A DNA stretch of 64,000 bases, from the NCBI GenBank assembly GCA_964360585.1, contig CAYHXC010000002.1, forward strand, positions 5,641 to 69,640, written 5' to 3'. This DNA comes from an uncultured Candidatus Saccharibacteria bacterium (GTDB lineage: Bacteria; Patescibacteriota; Minisyncoccia; UBA6257; 2-01-FULL-56-20). Shown here in pieces: positions 37,219-48,348 of the stretch. A program made the translations under genes and the position numbers. Numbering within the stretch: position 1 is the stretch's first letter; every line of letters begins with the position of its first letter. The notes below the pieces were generated by a model. That model searched no databases and was not told where the DNA came from. It was given only the letters and a program-made list of their open reading frames with translations.

Positions 37219-37258
37219 TATATAAAACGATCGTTTTATATAATAGTGATAGTGTAAG
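37219..37258. repeat. 40-bp perfect palindrome (atcactattatataaaacgatcgttttatataatagtgat) at the 3' end of the 37260..37856 gene
   Basis: Centred on cgatcg. It shares the core ctattatataaaacgatcgttttatataatag with the copy at 37860..37895. Confidence 0.7.
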
Positions 37259-37259
37259 A

Positions 37260-37856
37260 CTAGATAAGGTGATGGAGAGCACCGGCACTTCCTACTTCAA
37301 AAATCTCGACGTGCTTGCCTAAACCTAGACAATATAAATCCTTAATCAATTCTTTAGGGATTTTTGTTTTGCCGAGCCAAACACTTTTTTGAATTTGTCT
37401 TAACCCCAGTTCGCGAAGAACAAGACGAAGCCAATCTCGCTTACGTCTGTCTTTTTCAGGTATATCGAAAGCAACGATAACTGGTTTACCAATCTTTTCT
37501 GCGTGGTAGTTGGCCAGTGGCAATTCTTCCTTTCGGAATCGCCGATAATCTTCTAAGCGCCTGCGTCCAGTTTTTGTTATAGTAAAGAACTTACCCTTTT
37601 CTTTTTCGTTTTCCGAAATCAAACCTGCCTGCTTCAAATAATAGAGCAGATTGTAGTATCGTTGTTTTTCGCTCGTAGTCTTTCGTAACTTCCTCCCTCG
37701 AGTCCTTCTCTCCTTTTGCACGATATTGGTCATCGCATTTAGTTTTTTGAACGAAGCACCATATCCTGCTCGTAAAAAGGCTTCGAAAAGATCAGTGCTT
37801 GTTACAGCCGCATCCTTCACCGCTTCAAGAATTCTAAAAGTGATATCTCCTCTCAT
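37260..37856 (-). CDS. winged-HTH regulator with Cas2/VapD-like C-terminal domain (PaaX-like architecture)
   Basis: The C-terminal segment VIVAFDIPEKDRRKRDWLRLVLRELGLRQIQKSVWLG resembles the Cas2 core. The N-terminal ~90 aa look like a wHTH. Confidence 0.5.
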   Translation of the reverse strand: MRGDITFRILEAVKDAAVTSTDLFEAFLRAGYGASFKKLNAMTNIVQKERRTRGRKLRKTTSEKQRYYNLLYYLKQAGLISENEKEKGKFFTITKTGRRRLEDYRRFRKEELPLANYHAEKIGKPVIVAFDIPEKDRRKRDWLRLVLRELGLRQIQKSVWLGKTKIPKELIKDLYCLGLGKHVEIFEVGSAGALHHLI

Positions 37857-37859
37857 GTT

Positions 37860-37895
37860 GCTATTATATCAAACGATCGTTTTATATAATAGCAA
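37860..37895. repeat. second copy of the ~36-bp palindrome, at the start codon/promoter side of the 37260..37856 gene
   Basis: Sequence gctattatatcaaacgatcgttttatataatagc. Confidence 0.7.
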
Positions 37896-37898
37896 CGA

Positions 37899-39935
<2,037 letters not shown>

Positions 39936-40074
39936 TCAACTTAAGATTGCCACGCTCCGCTCGCAATGACAAGCGAAAATCAGCCAGATCCAAGTTGTAA
40001 ATTCTTTCTCATTACTTTTCTTCGTGCGTAATTCGAGGCGGCAACGAGCATTCATTTTACTTAGATAAGAAATT

Positions 40075-40166
40075 GAGCAGATTCAAGGCTTGGCCGAGTA
40101 CCGCAACCGAGATGTATTCAACATACACCGAGGGCGGAACGCAGGCCGTAACGCAGAATCTGCCCA
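40075..40166. ncRNA. copy A of a repeated structured element (conserved acaaggcttg..gagtaccg..cgagggcggaacgca..gtaacgcag framework with four covarying helices)
   Basis: Lies immediately 3' of the 40183..40695 gene. Pairings are P1 gcagattc/gaatctgc, P2 ggcc/ggcc, P3 atgtat/atacac and P4 ccgc/gcgg. Confidence 0.6.
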
Positions 40167-40182
40167 ATTTATTTCTAAGTTT

Positions 40183-40695
40183 TTACTGTTCGAAAGCGCG
40201 ATTAGCACGTCCCGCCGCCCCATACGATCGAATAACCGCTGGAAAATTGGTGCCATCATCCTTACATGGATCAATAATATCGTCGGGACCGGGATCAATA
40301 TCGGTCGAATAACACACGATTTTATCAATCTTCGCGCCGTTTCCAATCCCATTTTGATCAGTCATATCAAGAGAGGCGGGAACAATGGCATTCGGAAATC
40401 GCAGGGTGTAGTTCGCAAGTTCAATACCAGCATCAGCAGCGAAAATCGCTTTATTTGAGTCACGAAGATCGGTTGACTGGCGAATCTGGTGAAGCATCAA
40501 AAGTCCGGCAATGGTCGTCGCGCCCAAAAGGGTGCCGCCCAAAGCAATCACCGTCAGCAACATTGCCTGCCCTGAGTTATGTCGAAGGGCCTGCCCGGAA
40601 CGAAACTGCGGTTTCTTTAGAATCAAAGTTTTACTCATCGGGAGCAATTTCAATTCTCCCACCCTGTTTATATTTGTTACCTCCCAAACCATCAC
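40183..40695 (-). CDS. membrane-anchored hypothetical protein in pilus locus (possible minor pilin/PilX-like)
   Basis: Single N-terminal TM helix AMLLTVIALGGTLLGATTIAGLLM. The start is uncertain; an internal Met lies at ~40638. Confidence 0.4.
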   Translation of the reverse strand: MMVWEVTNINRVGELKLLPMSKTLILKKPQFRSGQALRHNSGQAMLLTVIALGGTLLGATTIAGLLMLHQIRQSTDLRDSNKAIFAADAGIELANYTLRFPNAIVPASLDMTDQNGIGNGAKIDKIVCYSTDIDPGPDDIIDPCKDDGTNFPAVIRSYGAAGRANRAFEQ

Positions 40696-41656
40696 ACGAG
40701 TTCAATGAGATTGAAGCATCCGGCGCCATGCCAAAAACGCCATTTTGATTGACACTGACAAGTGGTTTATAGGTACCGGCATTATACCGACAGGCAAAAG
40801 TAGCGGTCGTACTGGCCGTAAGAATAGTCCCGGAGCTAGGATTCTTTCCTTTTTCATCGCAAATAAACTGATAGATCATTGGCAGATTACTGGTTGTGGA
40901 CACTGTCGCCGTAAGACTAACCCTGATCGGCGCCTGGCCACATGAGGGAGAGGTGGTCATCGTCACGTCAATTTCCGGTAGCGTCGCCTGCGGCGCGGGC
41001 GCGAAATTTGTAGTAACAGAGTTGGCAACTAACCAACCAACCACATCACTTCCCCAAGCGTACCCTAAGAGAACACCTTTTGTGCCGCTCTTTGAGGCTA
41101 CAAACCCAGGATACGGCTGGCGCGTTACGGAAGTAATCCCCTCGCTAAAACTGACCCAGCCGTCCCAGCCGCCAGAATTGATACCTGGACCGGAAGAAAC
41201 GCACTGATCAGCTTTCCCATCACCATCGGTATCAACAGTAAAATCACAACCGGCCAAAAACCGCCCCCAACCTTCCATTTTTTTTGTTGACGCCAGAGGA
41301 TCAATCCAGGCAGTTGAGGTTGCGCCAGAACTATTAAAAGGAGCGCCCGGTGGTGTCCTCGTTTGGTTGCGATTAAAACTTAGCCAACCGGCATTCGGCG
41401 TCCAAGCATATCCACTAAATGCGCCCGTATTGTTATCAATAATAACTTGGTATGCAGCTGAAGAGGGGCCGGGACAATTAAACGTATTTTTTCCGCCGCA
41501 AAAACTGATCCAGCCAATATTCGGCGACCAGATCCAACCTTCCAGTTTAAGATCGGCAGATGCGCCATTGGCTGGCTGGCCTACAAAGAAAACCACGCAA
41601 AGGATTGTAACAAAAGCAATACTGCCAAAAAAAATGAGTCGCGAAGGAAAAGACAT
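40631..41656 (-). CDS. secreted hypothetical protein with GWISF/GWLSF-type repeats
   Basis: N-terminal signal/anchor MSFPSRLIFFGSIAFVTILCVVFFVG followed by a W/G/S/T-rich repetitive region. Confidence 0.5.
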   Translation of the reverse strand: MSFPSRLIFFGSIAFVTILCVVFFVGQPANGASADLKLEGWIWSPNIGWISFCGGKNTFNCPGPSSAAYQVIIDNNTGAFSGYAWTPNAGWLSFNRNQTRTPPGAPFNSSGATSTAWIDPLASTKKMEGWGRFLAGCDFTVDTDGDGKADQCVSSGPGINSGGWDGWVSFSEGITSVTRQPYPGFVASKSGTKGVLLGYAWGSDVVGWLVANSVTTNFAPAPQATLPEIDVTMTTSPSCGQAPIRVSLTATVSTTSNLPMIYQFICDEKGKNPSSGTILTASTTATFACRYNAGTYKPLVSVNQNGVFGMAPDASISLNSCDGLGGNKYKQGGRIEIAPDE

Positions 41657-41695
41657 GCGCTTTTATTATATCACACTGAAACTTCCCTCTCCCCG

Positions 41696-42376
41696 TTAAA
41701 GATCCGGGAGGAAACAGAGAAATCCTTGTCGCGAGGAAACGGTGGTCTGAATTTCGGTGAGATCATCGCGCACTCCTTGTTCGGATCGAGGACTGACGCC
41801 AAGGGCGATTGTAACACGCGGGGCGTGGTCGGGTGTGGCATCCGGATCGCCTACCGGACAGTTCCCTAGCTGTTCGAATCGAAGATAGCGAATAGCCACA
41901 TTTTCGGCCGTAACCGCTTCACCTCCTGGTGCGAGAAGGTCTGAAGCATTTAACCGCATGAGATTATTAGAAGCATCACGCCAATAGGTTATCCGCTGAC
42001 GTTTGGCATTCTGAAACTCCAAGCGACAGTCATCGCACACACCCGGCATGGGAGAAACAATAAAACCAACGCCGGTTCGAATTTCTCGCGCCATCTGTTC
42101 AATAGCCAAGCTGGCGTTACTATTCGCCGCGACGAGTGCTTGCACCTGCCGTTGTGCTCGCAAGGCTCCGACAAATGCTCCCACACCCACCGAAAATACC
42201 GTAGCAAAAAGTGCCACCGAAACTAACGTTTCTATGAGAGTGAACCCCCCCACCTCAGAACAACTAAAAAACTCAAATATATTTTTCTTCCAGAATGGAA
42301 TTTTGCTTTTCCCATCGTCTCTTGCATGAGGTGGGGGGGTGAACCCTTCACGGTTTTTGTAATCAATACGATTCAT
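41696..42376 (-). CDS. prepilin-type N-terminal cleavage/methylation domain protein (pseudopilin)
   Basis: Contains GGFTLIETLVSVALFATV, i.e. the G|FTLIE class III signal. Confidence 0.65.
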   Translation of the reverse strand: MNRIDYKNREGFTPPPHARDDGKSKIPFWKKNIFEFFSCSEVGGFTLIETLVSVALFATVFSVGVGAFVGALRAQRQVQALVAANSNASLAIEQMAREIRTGVGFIVSPMPGVCDDCRLEFQNAKRQRITYWRDASNNLMRLNASDLLAPGGEAVTAENVAIRYLRFEQLGNCPVGDPDATPDHAPRVTIALGVSPRSEQGVRDDLTEIQTTVSSRQGFLCFLPDL

Positions 42377-42377
42377 A

Positions 42378-42935
42378 CTAAGGAATGGTGGAGGAAGGAT
42401 TAAAGAAATAATCGATTAGATTCACTTCGTTATCGCCGGTTTTATCTTTCCAGCGAACCAACGATTGCACAACCATCTGATCATCGGCCATCCCCTCGGG
42501 TGTTCCTAGATATGAGATCAACACGGTTCGATAGAAAATAGTTGGCTTAGCATTCACTTCGTTATGATCGTAGAAACCGGTATCAGAATGATAGTACAAT
42601 GGCTTGCCATCAATCGGATAGAGTCCGGAATACTCGGGGAGATTGTCACATGGCCACGTTTCGGGAACAGATAGGTGGTAGTCAAGCTGATAATTTCCAG
42701 CCGGAAGACCAACGCGCCAGTTATCGCATTTATCATCATTTGTATCCACGATGTTTTTAACAAGTTCAATGCCTTCGGCGGCGAGATAGGTGCCACGATA
42801 GTTATTCGAGACCACCTCATTAAAACCAAGCGATGAATTCAAAAGGATAATGATACCCAAAAATCCGACGGTTAAGGCGCCGAGCGCCACCACCATCTCA
42901 ATAATCGTCTGTCCTTCGTGTGCCTGAAATCGCAT
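42378..42935 (-). CDS. prepilin-type protein (pseudopilin)
   Basis: N-terminal MRFQAHEGQTIIEMVVALGALTVGFLGIIILL. Confidence 0.6.
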   Translation of the reverse strand: MRFQAHEGQTIIEMVVALGALTVGFLGIIILLNSSLGFNEVVSNNYRGTYLAAEGIELVKNIVDTNDDKCDNWRVGLPAGNYQLDYHLSVPETWPCDNLPEYSGLYPIDGKPLYYHSDTGFYDHNEVNAKPTIFYRTVLISYLGTPEGMADDQMVVQSLVRWKDKTGDNEVNLIDYFFNPSSTIP

Positions 42936-42939
42936 GGGT

Positions 42940-43581
42940 CTAATCTATAAAATTATACGCCACCTGGCCGCCTTGGCCGACGGTGATACGGATTCGGCCG
43001 CTGCCGTTTTTATTTTTTACGACAATCGAGCTACTACTCGCGCGCAATTTCGTACCATCCGGGGCGAAGAAGTAGATTTGGGGATCGGGCGGTCGGAAAA
43101 CAATATCCGCGGCCGTCGTCTCGCTCGCATCAAACACCACATTGCGCGATAAAACATACTCCCCTCGTTCGGCCACCACCCGATCATAGTTTGAGATGAT
43201 CGAAGTAGAGCTGCCGATATTGGCGCACAAAGGCACGGGAATACTGGGATCAGGTTGGAGTTTCTTGAGATACCGATTGAGACTGAACTTTCCCGGATCG
43301 GAAGCAAGATCAATTGAGAGACCGTGGGCGCAGGTTACGCGACTGACATCAGGATCACGATAGGCGGAGATGGCCAAAGATTTTGACCGCAAGATAACGT
43401 CTATAACCTTAGAAGCCTCGACGTAGAGGGTCACCTGATCATGGCCAATGCGGCTGAAAGACACGAGTGTGCCGGAGATAATCGCCATAATCGCGACTAC
43501 AACCAAAAGTTCGATCATGGTAAATCCTTCACGAGGGGTGAGGGTTAAGGGTAGAGGGTTAAGGGTAGATTTTTTAATCAT
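42940..43581 (-). CDS. prepilin-type protein with long Pro-rich leader
   Basis: Contains REGFTMIELLVVVAIMAIISG. The leader LNPLPLTLTP is encoded by a 14-bp tandem repeat. Confidence 0.7.
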   Translation of the reverse strand: MIKKSTLNPLPLTLTPREGFTMIELLVVVAIMAIISGTLVSFSRIGHDQVTLYVEASKVIDVILRSKSLAISAYRDPDVSRVTCAHGLSIDLASDPGKFSLNRYLKKLQPDPSIPVPLCANIGSSTSIISNYDRVVAERGEYVLSRNVVFDASETTAADIVFRPPDPQIYFFAPDGTKLRASSSSIVVKNKNGSGRIRITVGQGGQVAYNFID

Positions 43582-43946
43582 CTTTCTAGAATTTTTCCGT
43601 GACCTAACTTTTTCATCAGTACAGTAAGCATCTTTTGAATTTCTTCAATCAGATTTTTCGCCTCTCTAAAATCTTGCCCAGGATAAAGTTCTTCGGCAAT
43701 AATGATCTGAGTTTCTAACTCACCAGCCGAACCATTCGCCACACCTAAAAATTGAATATATTCTTTCCGATTTCTTCTTTTGTATCCTTCGGCAACATTT
43801 GAAGGAATAGAAACGGCACATCGCCTCATTTGGCTTGAAAGACTGTACAATTCACTTTTGGGAAATTGATCAGTAATGCGATAAATGACCTTCACTAATG
43901 CAACTCCTTTCTTCCAAACCTCCAGATCTTTAAACGAGATTAACAT
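43578..43946 (-). CDS. four-helix-bundle protein (23S rRNA intervening-sequence protein family)
   Basis: Contains DLEVWKKGVALVKVIYRITDQFPKSELYSLSSQMRRCAVSIPSNVAEG, the family signature. Confidence 0.7.
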   Translation of the reverse strand: MLISFKDLEVWKKGVALVKVIYRITDQFPKSELYSLSSQMRRCAVSIPSNVAEGYKRRNRKEYIQFLGVANGSAGELETQIIIAEELYPGQDFREAKNLIEEIQKMLTVLMKKLGHGKILER

Positions 43947-43991
43947 TGCATGAATCAGTCCTAAACCCTCTACCCATCCCCCTATACCCTA

Positions 43992-44849
43992 TTATAGGCG
44001 AAAGAGGTGAAAGTAGAAATCGAGAATCTGGAAGCCAAAAAGGAAGACGAGGACAGAAGATAAAACGAGAAATGGACCAAACGGCAGGAAATCTTTGCGT
44101 TTTTTCTGTCCGGCAAGGAGAAGGGGCAAGGCCCAGAACGTGCCAAGAATGAAAGCAAGCGGAATGAGAAGGCCGATATCCGGCCAGCCGAATAATAATC
44201 CCAAAGCCGCCCCGAGCTTCAGATCGCCGCCGCCCATCCCCCGTCCTCGCGAAAGAACAATGAGCACGAGGAAAAAGAGAAGTCCGGCCGCACAGCCAAG
44301 AGTATGGTCAAGCCAGATATTTGATCCAAAACGAAAGAGAAGCGCGTAGTGGCCGATAAATGTTTCGGTAAAGGCGGTGAATGTGTCAGCCTTGAGAAGA
44401 ATTAAGGGGAAAGCTAGGAAAAATAAAAAAATGTTCAGCTCATCCGGAATAATCCGGAGACGAAGATCGATGAGCGCCACGAGAAGCAGGGCGAGAAATG
44501 CCAGGATCCAAATAATAGGGGTTAGTGGGTAGGGGTTAGTGGGTAGGGAAGAGAAAACTCCCAATCGCCACGGCACCATGATGAAAACAAGTCCGGAAAG
44601 AATTTCAACGAGCGGGTATTGCAAACTCAAATGTTTTTTACAAGAACGACAAAGGCCGCCCTGCACCAGAAAGCTAAGAAGTGGAATGAGTTCATACCAC
44701 CGAAGCTGTTTCCCACAATGGGGACAGTGCGAGCGGCCTCCTAAAATATCGGAATGGAACAAAAAACGTTCTGGATCATACCGAAGCGCCACCACATTCA
44801 GAAAACTCCCGATCATCAATCCGAAGATGAAAAAAGGGAGGAAAGCCAT
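43992..44849 (-). CDS. pilD: prepilin peptidase (A24 family, with N-terminal zinc-finger)
   Basis: Carries CPHCGKQLRWYELIPLLSFL...CRSCKK and polytopic TM helices. Confidence 0.9.
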   Translation of the reverse strand: MAFLPFFIFGLMIGSFLNVVALRYDPERFLFHSDILGGRSHCPHCGKQLRWYELIPLLSFLVQGGLCRSCKKHLSLQYPLVEILSGLVFIMVPWRLGVFSSLPTNPYPLTPIIWILAFLALLLVALIDLRLRIIPDELNIFLFFLAFPLILLKADTFTAFTETFIGHYALLFRFGSNIWLDHTLGCAAGLLFFLVLIVLSRGRGMGGGDLKLGAALGLLFGWPDIGLLIPLAFILGTFWALPLLLAGQKKRKDFLPFGPFLVLSSVLVFLFGFQILDFYFHLFRL

Positions 44850-44858
44850 GCGCTTGAA

Positions 44859-45278
44859 CTAGAAAGTCAAACAGTAAACGTCGACAGCATCACAACTGAT
44901 ATCAGGACCAGCGCCACCATTACTCAAAGAGCCTCCGGTGCCAAAATGACTGCCATTTAAAGACGCACTCCGTTCCCCTTCTAATTTAGCTCCAAGCACA
45001 TACACATTACCGTCGCTCGTGTAATAGTATGGAGTGTCATTAGGATCATTCGGAATACGTAACATAGCGCCCAAATCACCCAAACTGGACGGATAAAGTC
45101 CATATCGGTTGAAGTATAATTGCAAACCAGTCTGGATCTGATGCAACTCGGCCGCTCGTCTGGTGTCTCGGCTCTGGTTCAGACTCGGCCGCAAGCCGAC
45201 TAAAACGATACCGGCCAAGATTGAGATGATCGCCACAACGATCAAAAGCTCGATGAGAGTAAAACCTTTTCGATTCAT
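44859..45278 (-). CDS. pilA: type IV pilin (major pilin candidate)
   Basis: Sequence MNRKGFTLIELLIVVAIISILAGIV is a canonical short leader with G|FTLIEL. Confidence 0.85.
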   Translation of the reverse strand: MNRKGFTLIELLIVVAIISILAGIVLVGLRPSLNQSRDTRRAAELHQIQTGLQLYFNRYGLYPSSLGDLGAMLRIPNDPNDTPYYYTSDGNVYVLGAKLEGERSASLNGSHFGTGGSLSNGGAGPDISCDAVDVYCLTF

Positions 45279-45297
45279 ATGTCTTTTTATACGTGTG

Positions 45298-45463
45298 CAG
45301 AGTCCATCTCAAAAATCCATTTCTATAACAATGACGAAATTTCCGGCTGCAAGCCACTCATCCCTCCTCTCCATAGCTACGGCTATGCTTCGTCGGGCTT
45401 CATGCCTTTCGCTCGGAACTTTAGTATGTTATGACGAAAGCGATTTTTGAGATGGACTCTAGC
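45298..45463. repeat. 19-bp perfect inverted repeat (agagtccatctcaaaaatc) bracketing a 123-bp segment, 20 bp upstream of the pilA start
   Basis: The left arm is at 45300-45318 and the right arm at 45443-45461. Internal direct repeats atgacgaaa sit next to each arm. Confidence 0.7.
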
Positions 45464-45510
45464 GAATCTCGACCTTTTTGTATATTTCCCATTCTACAAC
45501 TTTGAATTAT

Positions 45511-45609
45511 GAATGGCCATCGGCAAGGCTTGATTGAGTACCGTAACCGAGGTGTATTTAAAATACATCGAGGGCGGAACGCAAATCGTAACGCTGCAGA
45601 TGGCTATTC
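45511..45609. ncRNA. copy B of the repeated structured element
   Basis: Lies immediately 3' of pilC. Pairings are P1 ggccatc/gatggc, P2 gatt/aatc and P3 gtattt/aaatac. Confidence 0.6.
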
Positions 45610-45622
45610 ATAATTTCAAAGA

Positions 45623-46834
45623 CTACTGGAATGTAGAAACTAACTTGTAAAGAGGAATCAGGATTGATCCGAATAGAAGTCCGGTCAAAAGACCCAATCC
45701 CACCATCAGAACCGGCTGAATCAGCTCGGTCATGTTGTTAATTGTATCATCCAGCTCCCGACCGTACAAGGTAGCGATACGTGTGAATATCTCATCCACC
45801 TGTCCGGTAATCTCTCCGACGGCTAACATCTGCGGCACCAGTGTGGGAAAGTAGTCCGGCTGGCGCGCCATGGCTTTTGAAATCGTATCTCCTTGCCGCA
45901 CGGCATTACTAATATCACGAAGCAGTTCTTCATAGACAGCGTTATCCACAGTCTGACTCACAATCTCGAGCGTTTGCGCGACCGGCACGCCACCATGCAA
46001 AAGAATGGCGGCGTTATTCGAGATGCGGGTAATGACAAGCGGCGTATAAATCTTCCCCACAATCGGCAAGCGAATTTTCAGCTCATCAAATACCGCTTCG
46101 CCTTCCTTCGTCCGAGCATAATCAAGAATAGTCGCCATAATGACGACCAACGAAATGATGAGCGCGAGCCACCAGCGGCTCAAGAAATCACCGCTCGAGA
46201 GAAGTATTCGGGTGAAAAGCGGCAGGTCCACTTTAGCTTGCGCAAAGATCGGACCGATCTGCGGAAAAACAACAGTAATTAAAAGTACCGAAACACCGAT
46301 AAAAAGAAAGACAACGATAATGGGATACATCAGCGCCGATTTCACTTTACTCGTGATCACCAGTTCTTTTTCATAGTAGTCAGCCAAAAAAGCGGCCGCT
46401 TCGGCCAGGTTGCCCGTGACTTCCGAGGCGCGGATAAGACTGATAAAAAATTCAGAGAAGACACTGCTCTGCCGTTCCAGGGCCTGGGAAAAAGACAAAC
46501 CGGAGTTAATATCTTCGGCGACTAAGGTGACCGCTTCTTTCAGGGTTGTATTTTGAGTTTGCTGGACTAAATTCCGCAGGGCGTCGCCAAGCGGTAAGCG
46601 GGCATTTAAAAGAAGGGCCAGCTGACGACTGAAAATGACGAAGTCTTTTCTTCGCACCAGCGAGAAATAACTGGCCAGACGATCATACCAGTGAATCGAC
46701 TCGGCCGCTTCGAGCGTGAGGATGAAAAGATTGTGGCTGGCTAAAATACTGGCGGCGCTATCTTTCGTGCCAGCCTCAATAAAACCGACTTGCAGTTCTC
46801 CTTCGCGCGTTTTTGCTTGGTACTTATATTTCAT
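45623..46834 (-). CDS. pilC: type IV pilus assembly platform protein (GspF/PilC family)
   Basis: 403-aa ORF with two T2SSF-type repeats and three TM segments. Confidence 0.9.
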   Translation of the reverse strand: MKYKYQAKTREGELQVGFIEAGTKDSAASILASHNLFILTLEAAESIHWYDRLASYFSLVRRKDFVIFSRQLALLLNARLPLGDALRNLVQQTQNTTLKEAVTLVAEDINSGLSFSQALERQSSVFSEFFISLIRASEVTGNLAEAAAFLADYYEKELVITSKVKSALMYPIIVVFLFIGVSVLLITVVFPQIGPIFAQAKVDLPLFTRILLSSGDFLSRWWLALIISLVVIMATILDYARTKEGEAVFDELKIRLPIVGKIYTPLVITRISNNAAILLHGGVPVAQTLEIVSQTVDNAVYEELLRDISNAVRQGDTISKAMARQPDYFPTLVPQMLAVGEITGQVDEIFTRIATLYGRELDDTINNMTELIQPVLMVGLGLLTGLLFGSILIPLYKLVSTFQ

Positions 46835-46919
46835 GACTAGGGTTTAGGGTCGAGGGCTTAGGGTCGAGGGTCTTTGGTTCCAACTACACCCCATACCCTA
46901 ACCACTATCCCATGATTTT

Positions 46920-47996
46920 TTACATACGTTCGAGGAGGATTCGCAGCTCGGCAGGGTTTAAGGAGTAGAGTTCCGCGTTCTCCAGGGAAATTTCCTTGTT
47001 CTTTACCAGCGTCGCAAGCGAACGGTTCAAGGTGACCATCCCCTCCTGGACACTGGTTTCGATAACCAGATCAATCTGATAGATCTTTCGTTCGCGAATT
47101 AAGTTCCGAATAGCTGGGTTCACAATCATGATTTCATTCACGGGAATACGTCCGCCGGACAAACGCGGCACAAGACGCTGGGAAACGATCGCAACGAGCG
47201 TCGCCGCCAGCTGGGACATAGCCTGGGACTGTTGTTCCGGCGGGAAAGAATCGATGATACGGTCAATCGTCTGAGCGGCAGAGTTGGTGTGAAGCGTGGA
47301 AAAAACCAAGTGACCGGTTTCTGACGCGGTCATGGCCGTGGCGATCGAGGTGGCGTCACGCATTTCACCGATCATAACCACGTCCGGATCCTGACGGAGA
47401 ACGGTGCGCAGTCCGGCGCTGAAACTGGGAATGTCCGTCTCTACTTCTTTTTGCGAGATGATCGCCCGATCCTGGGCAAAAACATACTCGATCGGATCTT
47501 CAATGGTAATAATGTGATCGGTGCGGGTGTGGTTGATCTCGTCTAAGATGGCCGCGAGCGTGGTTGATTTTCCATGACCGGCCGGACCGACAACCAGAAC
47601 GAACCCTTGAGAGAGTTTAGAAAAATCGTGGAGAATCGGTGGCAAGGAAAGTTCTTCGAGCGTGCGGACGTGCGGCGGAATGAGACGCAAGGCAGCGGCC
47701 ATATAGCCACGCTGGAAGTAGACGTTGGCGCGAAAACGAGCCTTGTCTTCATAACTATAAGCAAAGTCCAGCTGGCGCTCGTCCACAAATCTTTTCTGCT
47801 GTTCAGGCACAAGGAGATTCATAATTAATCCTTGAGCCATCTCCGGCGTCACAATCTCCTCTTTCTGCAGGGGCACTAAAACCCCATCTAAACGAAGCGA
47901 CGGCCGGCGGCCGACGCTGATATGGAGGTCGGAAGCATTCTGCTTGGCGGTTGTTAAAAGGAGCTCGTCGAGTTTTGCTTTATAATCATCAGGCAT
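46920..47996 (-). CDS. pilT: twitching-motility retraction ATPase (PilT family)
   Basis: 358-aa ORF with Walker A GPAGHGKSTTLAAI and the Asp box and His box of the secretion ATPase family. Confidence 0.8.
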   Translation of the reverse strand: MPDDYKAKLDELLLTTAKQNASDLHISVGRRPSLRLDGVLVPLQKEEIVTPEMAQGLIMNLLVPEQQKRFVDERQLDFAYSYEDKARFRANVYFQRGYMAAALRLIPPHVRTLEELSLPPILHDFSKLSQGFVLVVGPAGHGKSTTLAAILDEINHTRTDHIITIEDPIEYVFAQDRAIISQKEVETDIPSFSAGLRTVLRQDPDVVMIGEMRDATSIATAMTASETGHLVFSTLHTNSAAQTIDRIIDSFPPEQQSQAMSQLAATLVAIVSQRLVPRLSGGRIPVNEIMIVNPAIRNLIRERKIYQIDLVIETSVQEGMVTLNRSLATLVKNKEISLENAELYSLNPAELRILLERM

Positions 47997-48206
47997 ATCA
48001 GGGTAGTAGAAGTTCGATATTAAAGATTCCTATTCGACAATTTGTTTTCCAGGCATGAAACACCTATCGAACTTTCACAACCTGGCATAAAAAAATTATA
48101 CCATATATATTGAACTACACCTGTTTTCCTGCTTCAGTTCAGAAATTATCAGATACAAGGCTGGGTTAAACACGCAACTGAACGGTATTTAGATACTCAT
48201 CTTTTC

Positions 48207-48340
48207 GATTCAGAAATGGACAGGTGCGAGGCAGAGCTAAGCTCAGCTTTGCTTGGCTGAGTATCGCAAGCGAATCGTACTCCTCGGTACGATGAGTGCG
48301 AAACGGAAGCCGTAACGATGCAAATGACCGTTTATGAATC
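48207..48340. ncRNA. copy E of the repeated structured element (most divergent)
   Basis: Lies immediately 3' of pilB. Pairings are P2 ggct/agcc, P3 tcgtac/gtacga and P4 tcgc/gcga, all compensatory changes relative to the other copies. Confidence 0.55.
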
Positions 48341-48348
48341 GAAAAAAC

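Noticed and set aside
37219-37895. IS200/IS605-type element (hairpin ends)
   Set aside because: The enclosed protein lacks the HuH Y1 transposase motif and is wHTH/Cas2-like instead.
45279-45622. sigma54 (-24/-12) promoter upstream of pilA
   Set aside because: The closest candidate, TGGCCAttcatAATTCA, does not fit TGGCAC-N5-TTGCW.
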